Shown here one piece after another: positions 8,390-18,024 of a stretch of 64,000 nucleotides of DNA. The DNA is from Candidatus Saccharimonadales bacterium (GTDB lineage: Bacteria; Patescibacteriota; Saccharimonadia; Saccharimonadales; JANWIN01), in assembly GCA_038231155.1 (NCBI GenBank), contig JBBRLY010000012.1, positions 645 to 64,644 on the forward strand. Direction: 5' to 3'. Below the pieces are notes generated by a model. It was not told where the DNA came from. It saw only the letters and a program-made list of their open reading frames with translations, and made no database searches. How positions within the stretch are numbered: the first letter of the stretch is position 1; each line of letters opens with the position of its first letter. The position numbers and the translations under genes were made by a program.

Positions 8390-10186
8390 CTAAAGTCCGC
8401 CGTATCCACCACCGTAACCATTGAAGGTTTGGGCTGGTTTATGATAGTCACTAATTTTAAATGGTTGCTTATCTTTTATAGGCGAATTTCCCAGTATGTA
8501 AAGTTCACTACCATTTTTAGAAACTAACAAATAGTTGTCGGTATACCAACCAAATGGGGTAAATTCGCTAAGACTGGCTATTTGATTGCCACTTGCCCCA
8601 TTTGCATCACCTACAAACAGACTGTTTTTACCATCACGTGACTCCGACCAGAAAGTATTGTGCGCATTTGGAGACAATAAGAAGGTTGGGTAAGCTTTAT
8701 TATCTACTAGAGATTGTTTGGCATCGTTGTTATTTTGTTCAATATTGTCACTTTGTAGCTTATTGTAGGAAACTGCTCCAGCAAAAGTATCGATACTAAA
8801 ATATACTTCATTAGGTTCATATAGAGCACTGTTATTTGAGTTTATCGGAGTATAAAAAGTTGTACCTTGTGCAACATTTGTCGATAAATCATAGGCTTTA
8901 ATAGTCTTTTTAGCATTAGTCGACCCTATGGTCACACTAATAAGCTGGGCTTGTTTACCGCTAAGTTCATCAAAGTTGTAGCTGAAATAGGTGTGATAGG
9001 CAGACCAGCTTTTGAAATAGACTAGTTCATTACTGCCCACTGTATTTATCCAAGCAATGCTTTCCGAAGCATAATTGTTTTGGTCACCAGTAGCTTGCGT
9101 TTCATCAATCGTATTTAATATCTTGGAGCTGGCGTTATAGATTTTTATAGATGCAGCCTTAGGTTGCCAGCTGTCCACACCAATTCGATTGGCTGTGTAG
9201 ACAAAACTGGAATTAATCCATCCGGTAATTGTAAAATCTGCGTTATTACTATCAATGTTTGTCAACTTGTCATTAGCAGTTTCTATTAAATATAGCTTTG
9301 CAATATTACCGTCACGACGGCTTTTTAGAGCTAAGTACTTCCAATCGCGAGAAGCTAATAAAACAGTACCAGTGTCTTCTTCTTTGCCAGTACCGGCAAG
9401 AACTGTCTCACGGTCAGTGCCATCTAAGTTAGTCTTAACTACATCAATTTTACCGCTGGCTTTAGATAAGAAGTAGATCTTTCCTTCCGGTGTAATGGTG
9501 AAACTATTCTTAGGATCTTTTTGTTCAGTAACTTTTATAGTCACTTTCACAGTGTTGTATCCTGATCCAGATAATTCAGCAGCCACGCTATCTTTATCTG
9601 GTGGCAAAACAATTGTGACTGTACCATCTTTATCGGTTTTGGCTTCTGTATCACTAGCTTTTACGCTAACGTTTTCAACAGCTTGACCGGTAATTCCGTT
9701 AAATATCGTGACTGGTACTTGGCGACCAGTGGCCTGCAATTTGACTGCAAACGGATCATGACTTTTGCTAAGTGGTACCAGGACTTTTTGACTATAATCT
9801 TTATAATATTTTTTAGTGACTGTTAACGTAGCATTGCCTATTTTGGAATTAATGCTGGCCTTGCCTTGATTATTTGTATTAGCTGATTTCCCACTTAAAT
9901 TAATGACAGCATTAGTGACTGGTTGGTTAGTAGTAGTATCGGTAACTACAATTGAAAATTGACGTTTAATAAACAACCCTAAGACTTTGTAGCGACTGAA
10001 TGGAATCAGCATTATCAGGATCAGTAAAAATAGAACAGTTAGTGGTATAGTCAGTTTCTTTTTAGCAAGGTAAGTTTGCCAAAGGCGAGCAATCTTATTT
10101 TTCTTATCTATCGGTTGTTGCTGGACGGGTGAAGGTTCTACTTGCGGTTCGTCTTTTGGATCAGTTTTAATTTCATTTTTGGCCAT
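8390..10186 (-). CDS. membrane-anchored envelope protein, paralog of 4404-6167 (TM + Ig-like repeats + PD40-like propeller)
   Basis: 598 aa. TM LTIPLTVLFLLILIMLIPF followed by SRYKVLG (compare SRYFVLN in the paralog). Repeats VINLSGKSANTNNQGKASI. PD40-like SRRDGNIAKLYLIE and ESRDGKNSLFVGD. Confidence 0.65.
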   Translation of the reverse strand: MAKNEIKTDPKDEPQVEPSPVQQQPIDKKNKIARLWQTYLAKKKLTIPLTVLFLLILIMLIPFSRYKVLGLFIKRQFSIVVTDTTTNQPVTNAVINLSGKSANTNNQGKASINSKIGNATLTVTKKYYKDYSQKVLVPLSKSHDPFAVKLQATGRQVPVTIFNGITGQAVENVSVKASDTEAKTDKDGTVTIVLPPDKDSVAAELSGSGYNTVKVTIKVTEQKDPKNSFTITPEGKIYFLSKASGKIDVVKTNLDGTDRETVLAGTGKEEDTGTVLLASRDWKYLALKSRRDGNIAKLYLIETANDKLTNIDSNNADFTITGWINSSFVYTANRIGVDSWQPKAASIKIYNASSKILNTIDETQATGDQNNYASESIAWINTVGSNELVYFKSWSAYHTYFSYNFDELSGKQAQLISVTIGSTNAKKTIKAYDLSTNVAQGTTFYTPINSNNSALYEPNEVYFSIDTFAGAVSYNKLQSDNIEQNNNDAKQSLVDNKAYPTFLLSPNAHNTFWSESRDGKNSLFVGDANGASGNQIASLSEFTPFGWYTDNYLLVSKNGSELYILGNSPIKDKQPFKISDYHKPAQTFNGYGGGYGGL

Positions 10187-10301
10187 AACATAGGCTCCTT
10201 AGTATATAAGTATAAGCGTTGTATATAAAATTAACACATTCATCTATTACAAAACCAATCCAACCAATTAGTTTTATAAAAGAAGGACATAAGTTTCTCT
10301 T

Positions 10302-11624
10302 TTAGGGCGCCAGCCTATTTATATCTCTAGGAAATAGGGTAGCTTCTTTAACGTTACTTAGACCGACAATTTTTTCAGTTAAGCGATCAAGACCCATCCC
10401 AAATCCTCCATGAGCTGGCATGCCTGCTTTCATGGCCATAAGGAAATACTTAAATCCGGGGTCATTAGGATTACCCCCGGCCTTTTCTTTAAGCTGTTTT
10501 AGAAGTTCATCATAGCGATGTTCTCGCATACTGCCGGTAACAATTTCTACTCCCCTGAACAGTAAATCTATTCTTTCTGCTAAATTTTTATCCTTAGTTT
10601 GGGCTTTGTGATAAAACTTCATGTCGCTGGCTGGCCAATCTGTAACAAAAATAGCATCACTTTTTAAGTGTTCCTTAGAATACTCACAAATCCAGCGTTC
10701 TTCGTCCGGACGCAGATCTCGTTCGCCGATAGTTTTAGTACCAGTAGCTTCAGTATACTTTTCGTGAATCTCGGACATAGACATTGCTGGTATTTTCTTA
10801 AGCAAAGCTGGTTTGGAAGCTGATAAAGTTTTCAGCTCAGCTTGGCTATGTTTCCAAACATAATCAACGACAAAATTGAGTAGGCCACTTAAAAATTCCT
10901 CAAGATGACTAATATCAATAAATCCCATTTCGCCGTCAACAGATGTATATTCGGTCATGTGTCGGGTTGTAGCGCTAGGCTCAGCCCTATATACCGGAGC
11001 TATTTCAAATACTCTTTCAAATACGCCGACTAACATTTGTTTATAAAACTGCGGACTCTGGGCTAGTGTGGCTTCCTGACCAAAATAATCTAGTTTGAAA
11101 ACTTCAGCCCCGCCTTCGGTTGCCGCTGCAAGCAATTTAGGAGTTTGGATTTCTGTAAATTCGTTTTGATAAAAAAACTCACGCAAAGCTTTTGTTATTG
11201 ATGCTCTAACTTTAAAAATAGCTGATTCTTGTAAGTTACGCAGGCCAATAGCACGATATTCAAATAAGGTATCTTGATTTTCAGGTCTATGATCAATAGG
11301 TTTGTCTATTTCAATGGGTGGTTCTTCTTTAACCGGCACTAAAATTTCTATTTTTGGATTGTGAATTTCAGCGCCTCCAGGTGCACGTGGTTCACCTTTG
11401 GCAGTACCTGATAGTTCAAGTACTGTCCCTATTTGCATGCCACGCAGTTTTTCTAGCTCTTTTTTATCTTTAACTACGACCTGCACGACGCCACTACGAT
11501 CTCTTACTAATAAAAAGGTCAGTCCACCAAGTAACCGTTTTTTATGCAGCCAACCTTGTACAGTTACTGATTTACCAGCACGATTATGAACATCGGCAGT
11601 TAATATCCTTTGCATGACTTGCAT
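10302..11624 (-). CDS. aspS: aspartate--tRNA ligase, archaeal/type-2 form (possibly non-discriminating)
   Basis: 440 aa. LAQSPQFYKQ, APVYRAEPSATTRHMTEY, GGFGMGLDRL and the C-terminal LFPRDINRLAP closely resemble the ~438-aa archaeal-type AspRS. Confidence 0.8.
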   Translation of the reverse strand: MQVMQRILTADVHNRAGKSVTVQGWLHKKRLLGGLTFLLVRDRSGVVQVVVKDKKELEKLRGMQIGTVLELSGTAKGEPRAPGGAEIHNPKIEILVPVKEEPPIEIDKPIDHRPENQDTLFEYRAIGLRNLQESAIFKVRASITKALREFFYQNEFTEIQTPKLLAAATEGGAEVFKLDYFGQEATLAQSPQFYKQMLVGVFERVFEIAPVYRAEPSATTRHMTEYTSVDGEMGFIDISHLEEFLSGLLNFVVDYVWKHSQAELKTLSASKPALLKKIPAMSMSEIHEKYTEATGTKTIGERDLRPDEERWICEYSKEHLKSDAIFVTDWPASDMKFYHKAQTKDKNLAERIDLLFRGVEIVTGSMREHRYDELLKQLKEKAGGNPNDPGFKYFLMAMKAGMPAHGGFGMGLDRLTEKIVGLSNVKEATLFPRDINRLAP

Positions 11625-11648
11625 TTTACCAGAGATGATGAGCGGATT

Positions 11649-12692
11649 CTATTTTGTTGGCTTTGAATCAACTACTTCGGGAACTTGGTTTTGGTGTTCC
11701 TGTCGAGCACTTAGCGCTGCAACTGCTCTTAGATCGTCATACTTATCAAATTCATCGAGTATTGGTTTACCTAAAATTTGTTCCAGAATATCCTCTATGC
11801 TAATGATGCCGACTACTTCCTCAAAACTGTTAACAACTAAAAATAAATGATGCTTAGTTTTTAAAAAGGCTTGCAATACCTGATTGAGATTTTGCAGTTC
11901 ATGTACATATAAAACCCGCTTCTTCATAAGACCTCGGATTTGCCCACCACCGCTATGGCCGAGTAAGTCACGGGCATAAAGAATACCAACAAAGTTATCT
12001 GGTTTGTCCTGATAAACCGGAAAACGGGAATGGCCACTGGCGTGCAGTTCATCCATTAAATGCGGACCAATGGTGTCAGTAGCTGCTACGGCTATTACAA
12101 CCCGCCGGGGAGTCATGACCTGGTGTACAAGCTTATCGCCAAAGGTCAGGGCACCGCTAGTAATTCTTATTTCCTCACTACTAATACGGTTATCTGGTTG
12201 ATTTTTTTGATGCTTCAGAAGATTTAGTAAGTCATCCTTTTGGTAAATCCCACTGTGAACAGAAATACCACCGCGTCGAATAAACATATCTGCTAACCGT
12301 CCGAGTATTGGATAGAGATGCTGGAGAGACCAAGCCAGTGACGGTGATACGTACTTGGCAAGTGTTTTGGTGATAACTCCACTGCTGCTTTTAGGTAACC
12401 AGGCAAAGCCAAACCAGATAAGTGTTAAGGATATGATCAGGGCGGCCCAAGCCGGAACAGTGCGACTAGCCATTACAAAAAAACCGGTACTGGCAAATCC
12501 GATAATTATCCAAAGTAGTATCTGCAAGCTAGGTCCGTAGGTTGCAGCCTGAAAGAGTACATCGGCAAACTTATCGCCGGCTCTGGCCCGCCGCTTGAGT
12601 TCTAGAGTAGGAATGTTTGTATAGCACTTTTTAAGACTAATAGCCGTTAGTGTCACGGCCGCTAAAGCTATCATTAAAATAACTACAAGCAT
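11649..12692 (-). CDS. CNNM/DUF21 membrane domain plus CBS-pair transporter (HlyC/CorC-related, no CorC C-terminal domain)
   Basis: 347 aa. Four N-terminal TMs, then CBS-like VMTPRRVVIAV and IISIEDILEQILG. Confidence 0.75.
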   Translation of the reverse strand: MLVVILMIALAAVTLTAISLKKCYTNIPTLELKRRARAGDKFADVLFQAATYGPSLQILLWIIIGFASTGFFVMASRTVPAWAALIISLTLIWFGFAWLPKSSSGVITKTLAKYVSPSLAWSLQHLYPILGRLADMFIRRGGISVHSGIYQKDDLLNLLKHQKNQPDNRISSEEIRITSGALTFGDKLVHQVMTPRRVVIAVAATDTIGPHLMDELHASGHSRFPVYQDKPDNFVGILYARDLLGHSGGGQIRGLMKKRVLYVHELQNLNQVLQAFLKTKHHLFLVVNSFEEVVGIISIEDILEQILGKPILDEFDKYDDLRAVAALSARQEHQNQVPEVVDSKPTK

Positions 12693-12748
12693 GTACTAAT
12701 CTTATCAGTTTTGGTAAGTCTCTTGAAACGTTATATAATGTTACTTCC

Positions 12749-13405
12749 ATGAGTAGAAATTTTATGTTGGTGATAGTTGCTATTGTTATAGTTTTGGGCG
12801 GTATCTTTTTGTTCAGTAAGAAAAGTTCACCTACGGCGACCAATAGTTCCAATGGTGCTAAAGCTACAAATCATATAACTGGTTTAGACAAGAAGCATGT
12901 AACCTTGGTTGAATACGGTGACTATCAATGTCCAATTTGTGGAGCTTACTATGCCATTGTCAAATCGGTCGCTCAAAAATACAACCAAGATATTTACTTC
13001 CAATTTCGTAATCTACCACTTGCCCAAATCCACCCTAATGCTGTAGCGGCTGCTCGGGCTGCTGAAGCCGCTGGTTTACAGAACAAATACTGGGAAATGC
13101 ACGATGCTTTATATGAACAGCAAACAGTATGGTCTAGTACAGCTAGCCCCTATAGTTTTTTTGAAAACTTAGCCGGACAAATAGGCCTGAATACCGCAAA
13201 GTTTAAACAAGATTATCAAAGTTCAGCTGTTAACGATTCCATTAACGCCGATCTAGCTGAATTTTCAAAGACTGGTAGACCCTCAGCAACGCCAACATTT
13301 TTATTAAACGGGCAGTATATTGATAACACCAAGCTAGTTGATAAAAGCGGCCCAAGCCTAGCTAAATTCAGTGCCGTATTAGATGCTCAAATAAGTAAGT
13401 CTTAA
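12749..13405 (+). CDS. DsbA-family thiol:disulfide oxidoreductase (membrane-anchored)
   Basis: 218 aa. N-terminal anchor and CPIC active site (YGDYQCPICGAYY). Confidence 0.8.
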   Translation: MSRNFMLVIVAIVIVLGGIFLFSKKSSPTATNSSNGAKATNHITGLDKKHVTLVEYGDYQCPICGAYYAIVKSVAQKYNQDIYFQFRNLPLAQIHPNAVAAARAAEAAGLQNKYWEMHDALYEQQTVWSSTASPYSFFENLAGQIGLNTAKFKQDYQSSAVNDSINADLAEFSKTGRPSATPTFLLNGQYIDNTKLVDKSGPSLAKFSAVLDAQISKS

Positions 13406-13428
13406 ATCAATCTAATTTCATCGGCGAC

Positions 13429-14364
13429 ATGGAAAGCTTTGATAATCCGGCCGTTGAAGCTCTAACATTTGGCTCAATTGTTGATCGGTTATTACTTAAA
13501 AAAGAGTATCTAGACGCCGGTAACCCCGAACAGCAAGAAATTAAGACAGCGTTGATAGTTGGCGGCGGTGGCATGCGTGGAGTTTTTTCTGGTGGAGTTG
13601 TAATTGCCTTAGACGAACTAGGATTGCGGGAAGTATTTGATAGTGCCATTGGTATTTCCGCCGGTGCAGCGGCTATAGCTTATCTACTTGCCGGTGAACC
13701 TAAACTGGGTACTTCAATATACCCAGAAAATTTATCAAATAGTAATTTTGTAAATCCATTTAGAGTTCGAAATATACTGGATATTGCTTATTTGGGAGAA
13801 ATATTTAGAAACGTTAAGCCACTTAACCAATCTTCAGTTCGCGCTTCCAGAACAAATTTCTACATTGGAGTCACAGATGCCGAAACCGGCAAAGGCGAAT
13901 ATTGGGATGTTACAAATAATGAAGAAATCGACATAATTGACACAATTTTAGCTTCTTCATCGCTACCAGGATTTACAAAGGGCCCAATGAAGGTGGGGGA
14001 CCGTCTATTATCGGATGGAGTTACGGGATGTACTAAGCCAATTGAGTTTGCTATTAATGAGCTTGGCGCAACAGATATTCTTTTGGTACTTAATAGAAAA
14101 CCGTATAAGTCTGCAGATTCTTTAACTGACAGATCTTTAGCCAAGCTAGCCGTACGCGGTTACTCTAAACCATTTAAAGCAGCTCACTTAACAAGGCGCA
14201 TAGATAACGATTTTGACATGATAAAAAACTACCAAAAAATAATAAATATAGAGGTCATCTACCCAACCGGTGAGGCTATTAGCCCCTATTGTACGGATGC
14301 CAAGAAACTAGCTGAAGTAGCTTTAGTAGGCTTTAATCAAGTTGCTAAATTTTTCTCCGTATAA
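13429..14364 (+). CDS. patatin-like phospholipase
   Basis: 311 aa. Oxyanion GGGGMRG, nucleophile elbow GISAGA, and a downstream SDGV (Asp of the dyad). Confidence 0.8.
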   Translation: MESFDNPAVEALTFGSIVDRLLLKKEYLDAGNPEQQEIKTALIVGGGGMRGVFSGGVVIALDELGLREVFDSAIGISAGAAAIAYLLAGEPKLGTSIYPENLSNSNFVNPFRVRNILDIAYLGEIFRNVKPLNQSSVRASRTNFYIGVTDAETGKGEYWDVTNNEEIDIIDTILASSSLPGFTKGPMKVGDRLLSDGVTGCTKPIEFAINELGATDILLVLNRKPYKSADSLTDRSLAKLAVRGYSKPFKAAHLTRRIDNDFDMIKNYQKIINIEVIYPTGEAISPYCTDAKKLAEVALVGFNQVAKFFSV

Positions 14365-14636
14365 ATTTAATAATTGATAAATTGTTGCCATTTAGGTCGT
14401 CGAACTTTTACTTCCACGTTATAACTCCTAGAAATTGTTTTTATTTTTATTGGCATAGTGCCACTAGCCTCCCGTCCAATTCAAAACACTCGTCTCAAAA
14501 GTGTATTTTTGTATATTTTTGTCTTCGCTAGCATCTTTTAAACGATGCAATTAGAAGTCAAGTTATCTTCTCAAAAAAGCTTAAGGTTGTCAAACAGTTT
14601 TTTAAAGTGCTTATGCTGGTATAAAATGAACTAAAT

Positions 14637-16352
14637 ATGCCCCAGAGTTTCTTTGCTGAGTTGAGCCTGATAATCGCGCTGGCCGCCGTGATGTCTATTA
14701 TCATGCGCCTAATTAAGCAACCTTTAATTATTGGGCACATTATAACCGGTGTGATTGTTGGGCCGTCCGTACTGCACCTAATTAAATCGGCCGATACTAT
14801 AGATGTATTTTCAAGTATTGGTATTGCCCTATTACTTTTCATTATCGGTCTCGGTTTAAATCCAAAAGTTATTAAAGAAGTCGGTAAGGTAGCTGGTATA
14901 ACCGGATTTGTACAAGTCGTACTTAGCACCGGTATTGGTTACGGTGGCGGAATAATACTTGGTTATTCAGCTTTACAATCGCTATTTTTTGGTATTGCTC
15001 TGGCCTTTAGCAGTACGATTATTATTTTAAAACTGCTCAGCGACAAGAAAGAGCAAACTCGGCTTTACGGCAAAGTCGTAACTGGTATATTACTGGTTCA
15101 GGATGTTATTGCTGCCACAGCCCTTTTATTTGTAACAGCTCACGGTGGCGATCACGGTTTTACGCTTAATGAGTTAACCTGGTTGATCGCTAAAGGTTTA
15201 GCTATTGCTGTACCGATGTTCTTTGTTGGCATAGTTGTTTTAAATCGGGTTCATAAGTTTATTGCCGGTAGTCAGGAACTACTATTTTTATTTGCTATAG
15301 GTTGGGGATTTGGTTTTGCAGCACTGTTTGAGCGAGCTGGATTTTCACTAGAAATGGGAGCTCTACTTTCTGGTGTAGCCTTAGCTACGCTACCATACAC
15401 TCAGGAAGTCAGTGCCCGGCTAAGACCTTTGCGTGATTTCTTTATAATTGTGTTCTTTATTACTCTAGGCACCCAACTTAATCTTCATAACCTTAGTAAT
15501 ATTTTGCCGGCGGTCATTGTTGGCAGCTTTGTGGTTATAGTTATTAAGCCGCTACTAGTACTGGGGATTATGGGCTTTATGGGTTATACCAAGCGGACTA
15601 GTTTTAAAACAGCCGTAGCCACAGCTCAGATTAGTGAGTTCTCACTAGTTTTTATATTACTAGGTAAAAAGCAGCACCTAATCTCAAATGACCTAGCTGC
15701 TACTATTACAATTATTGCCCTAATATCTATTGCCATATCGGCTTACATGATTATTTATGCCGATAGATTATATGAATTATTTGAAGCGGACCTAAGTTTA
15801 TTTGAAAGACGTAAAGAGCGTATTCACGAGCATGAAAAGCGTAGGGCGGTCGACATTGTTTTGTTTGGTTACCATAAAGGTGGGCAGGAATTTATTAAAG
15901 TATTTAATAACTTAAAGCATAGTTTTGTGGTGGTCGATTATGACCCTGAAGTTATCGACATCTTAGAACATCAAAAGATTGAATATATTTACGGCGATGT
16001 GACAGATATTGAACTGCTTGAAGAAATAGATTTTAGCCGTCCAAAGTTAGTTGTTTCGACTATCACCGATTTTGATACGACAGTCTTTTTAGCTCGTTCG
16101 TTTATAGATAAAAATCCCAGCGCTGTGGTTATTTGTCATGCCGACAACGTAGCGGAAGCTGAGGAATTATACGACCTTGGTATTACTTACGTGATGATGC
16201 CCCACTATATTGGAAGTGAAAAAATCAGCTCTATTATTCGCCGCAGTGGACTGAAAAAAAGTGAATTTAAATCATTCCGTGAAAAACACTTGGCTTATCT
16301 GCATAAACACTATGAAGACGAATTGGATTTAGACGCTGAAGCCGAAACATAA
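14637..16352 (+). CDS. cation:proton antiporter (CPA2/Kef-type) with C-terminal TrkA-N/RCK domain
   Basis: 571 aa. About 11-12 TMs, then a Rossmann-like DIVLFGYHKGGQEF. Confidence 0.85.
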   Translation: MPQSFFAELSLIIALAAVMSIIMRLIKQPLIIGHIITGVIVGPSVLHLIKSADTIDVFSSIGIALLLFIIGLGLNPKVIKEVGKVAGITGFVQVVLSTGIGYGGGIILGYSALQSLFFGIALAFSSTIIILKLLSDKKEQTRLYGKVVTGILLVQDVIAATALLFVTAHGGDHGFTLNELTWLIAKGLAIAVPMFFVGIVVLNRVHKFIAGSQELLFLFAIGWGFGFAALFERAGFSLEMGALLSGVALATLPYTQEVSARLRPLRDFFIIVFFITLGTQLNLHNLSNILPAVIVGSFVVIVIKPLLVLGIMGFMGYTKRTSFKTAVATAQISEFSLVFILLGKKQHLISNDLAATITIIALISIAISAYMIIYADRLYELFEADLSLFERRKERIHEHEKRRAVDIVLFGYHKGGQEFIKVFNNLKHSFVVVDYDPEVIDILEHQKIEYIYGDVTDIELLEEIDFSRPKLVVSTITDFDTTVFLARSFIDKNPSAVVICHADNVAEAEELYDLGITYVMMPHYIGSEKISSIIRRSGLKKSEFKSFREKHLAYLHKHYEDELDLDAEAET

Positions 16353-16924
16353 AGCCAGTGCTTCTTAATATAGGCTTGGAGACTACTTAGTGATCCGTTA
16401 GGTTTTTGGCCTTGACTTAAAGCGATACGAATAAGTCGTGATGAAACATCTGGTAAGCGACTTGTGATAATAAATAGTTGCTTAGGTTGGACTGGCAGTT
16501 TAACTATTTGACTATTGACTTCATAAGTACCATAGTCAAAGCGCCCAGCGATAACCAGTTCCATTTGCCCTAACATACGCTCAATTAGCGGCCATTGCCA
16601 CATATGCCCGAGAATATCCGAGCCGGAAATATAGATTAGCTCACTACCGGGGAATTTATGGATTAGGCGCGGCAGGGTTTTTGCAACTGTGAATTGTCTA
16701 TCTGGAAGTTCTAGTAAATGCAGTTTTGGGTACGGCGCGATGGCAATTTTAATCATGGCATTCCTATGAACGGCATGAGAAACCCCAGTTTTATGTCTTG
16801 GTTTGGTTTCAACTAAAAAATAGACCTCGTCCAACTTAGCTTGCTTAATAGCTTCTAGGGCCAGGCCTATATGGCCCTTGTGTATTGGGTCAAACACCCC
16901 ACTTAGTACGCCTATTCGCTTCAT
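16310..16924 (-). CDS. nadD: nicotinate-nucleotide adenylyltransferase
   Basis: 204 aa. GVLSGVFDPIHKGH (HxGH class) and ISGSDIL. Its 3' end overlaps the convergent kef-like gene by 43 nt. Confidence 0.85.
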   Translation of the reverse strand: MKRIGVLSGVFDPIHKGHIGLALEAIKQAKLDEVYFLVETKPRHKTGVSHAVHRNAMIKIAIAPYPKLHLLELPDRQFTVAKTLPRLIHKFPGSELIYISGSDILGHMWQWPLIERMLGQMELVIAGRFDYGTYEVNSQIVKLPVQPKQLFIITSRLPDVSSRLIRIALSQGQKPNGSLSSLQAYIKKHWLYVSASASKSNSSS

Positions 16925-18024
16925 GCTGCTTTAGTCATTTTACTCTTCATATGACTGTCACAAGCTTTACAAATACCACAAGGACCGCACATTTTTTTAG
17001 CTTCGTCTTTTTTAGGTGGTACCTGACAAACTACACAGTGCATATATTTATCAAACTTGTAGTTCTCAGCCGCTGTTTTGTTACCATAACCGGCTTGCTC
17101 AAGGCTATTGGTTTGAATGCCTTCAGCTGTGACTGTAATACCGCATCCGCTATAAGATTCTCTGGCGACAATTGGTAAACCATTAGCCTTATTAAATCGG
17201 ACTTCTATATTTGCAGCCAAGTTATAAAGCATACTTGCGGATATATTCGGATTGGCAAGAAATTGTCTGGCAAAGTTGTCAATTAGGTCTTCCTGGTCTC
17301 GAACAAAGTTATAAGTATCATCTTGTTTTTGACCACGCCGTCCGGCGTTCCACTGGCCACCAAATTGGGAACTCAAGGATCGATCATAAATACCTTTTAA
17401 TTCATCGATTAAAAAGGGCTGTAGTTCGGGACTTAACTGCTTATATAGTCTTTGACCAAGTAATTCTCCTGGATTTGCCAGGTAACCAGTGTGTTTATAT
17501 AGCTCTTCTAGTGCCTGCCTGTTACTGCCATCTAAACTTTGCGACACAATATGCATACTGCCCACTTCATCGCGCCATATAACCCGTAGCATTGTTTGTT
17601 TGCGACGAACGTTGTAACCGCCAAGGTCTTGAGTATCGTTTACTAACTCGCTAGGGAAATCGGACACTACGATCATAGTGTTTGGCAGTTTACCTTCGGC
17701 TATTGCCAACATATCCCGGTACTCCTCATATTCCAAACTACGGCGCCGAAGTTCAAACCCGGACTGAGGGCTTTGTTCATACATTTGTTCGGCTTCAGTA
17801 AGAGCAGTTTGACAAACTTCTCCCATAGCTCGTCCGTCTTCGCTCCAAAGCTCGCGACCATCAAAATGCAATAAAATTTCAGAACGCATACTGCCGTCCA
17901 GTACTTCAGCAAGCCAAGTGATGGTATCTTGTCTATTTTGTAGATATTGATTTGTGTCTATTTCTATATTGGGCTGCGCGGCCGGAATTTCCATAAAATT
18001 AAAACCCTTACTGCTAGCGAGCAA
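16921..18024 (-). CDS. hypothetical protein with a C-terminal Cys-rich zinc-ribbon-like tail
   Basis: 367 aa. No family recognised. Tail CVVCQ-x12-CGPCGICKAC. The track start at 18024 is TTG; an ATG at 17994 (MEIPAAQ) is an alternative. ATGA overlap with nadD. Confidence 0.6.
   Translation of the reverse strand: MLASSKGFNFMEIPAAQPNIEIDTNQYLQNRQDTITWLAEVLDGSMRSEILLHFDGRELWSEDGRAMGEVCQTALTEAEQMYEQSPQSGFELRRRSLEYEEYRDMLAIAEGKLPNTMIVVSDFPSELVNDTQDLGGYNVRRKQTMLRVIWRDEVGSMHIVSQSLDGSNRQALEELYKHTGYLANPGELLGQRLYKQLSPELQPFLIDELKGIYDRSLSSQFGGQWNAGRRGQKQDDTYNFVRDQEDLIDNFARQFLANPNISASMLYNLAANIEVRFNKANGLPIVARESYSGCGITVTAEGIQTNSLEQAGYGNKTAAENYKFDKYMHCVVCQVPPKKDEAKKMCGPCGICKACDSHMKSKMTKAA

Noticed and set aside
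14367-14417. 16-codon minus-strand mini-ORF (GTG start, MEVKVRRPKWQQFINY) with a well-spaced AGGAG Shine-Dalgarno sequence.
   Set aside because: It is too short to support without conservation or expression data. The start is GTG, and it points into the 3' end of the patatin gene.
14365-14636. A riboswitch (for example c-di-AMP/ydaO, which controls K+ transporters) in the 272-nt leader of the kef-like gene.
   Set aside because: I could not find the conserved ydaO-type sequence blocks. There are only weak 5-bp hairpins (ACACT/AGTGT at 14486-14504; GCATC/GATGC at ~14531-14548). A covariance-model scan (Rfam) would be needed to be sure.
14558-14929. 123-aa minus-strand ORF spanning the kef-like gene start and its upstream region.
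   Set aside because: It is antisense to the well-supported antiporter N-terminus and has no start context or motifs.
17211-17582. 123-aa plus-strand ORF inside the 367-aa orphan gene.
   Set aside because: It is the shorter antisense frame. The minus-strand frame is much longer and is coupled to nadD. Because the host gene is itself an orphan, this rejection is less certain than the others.
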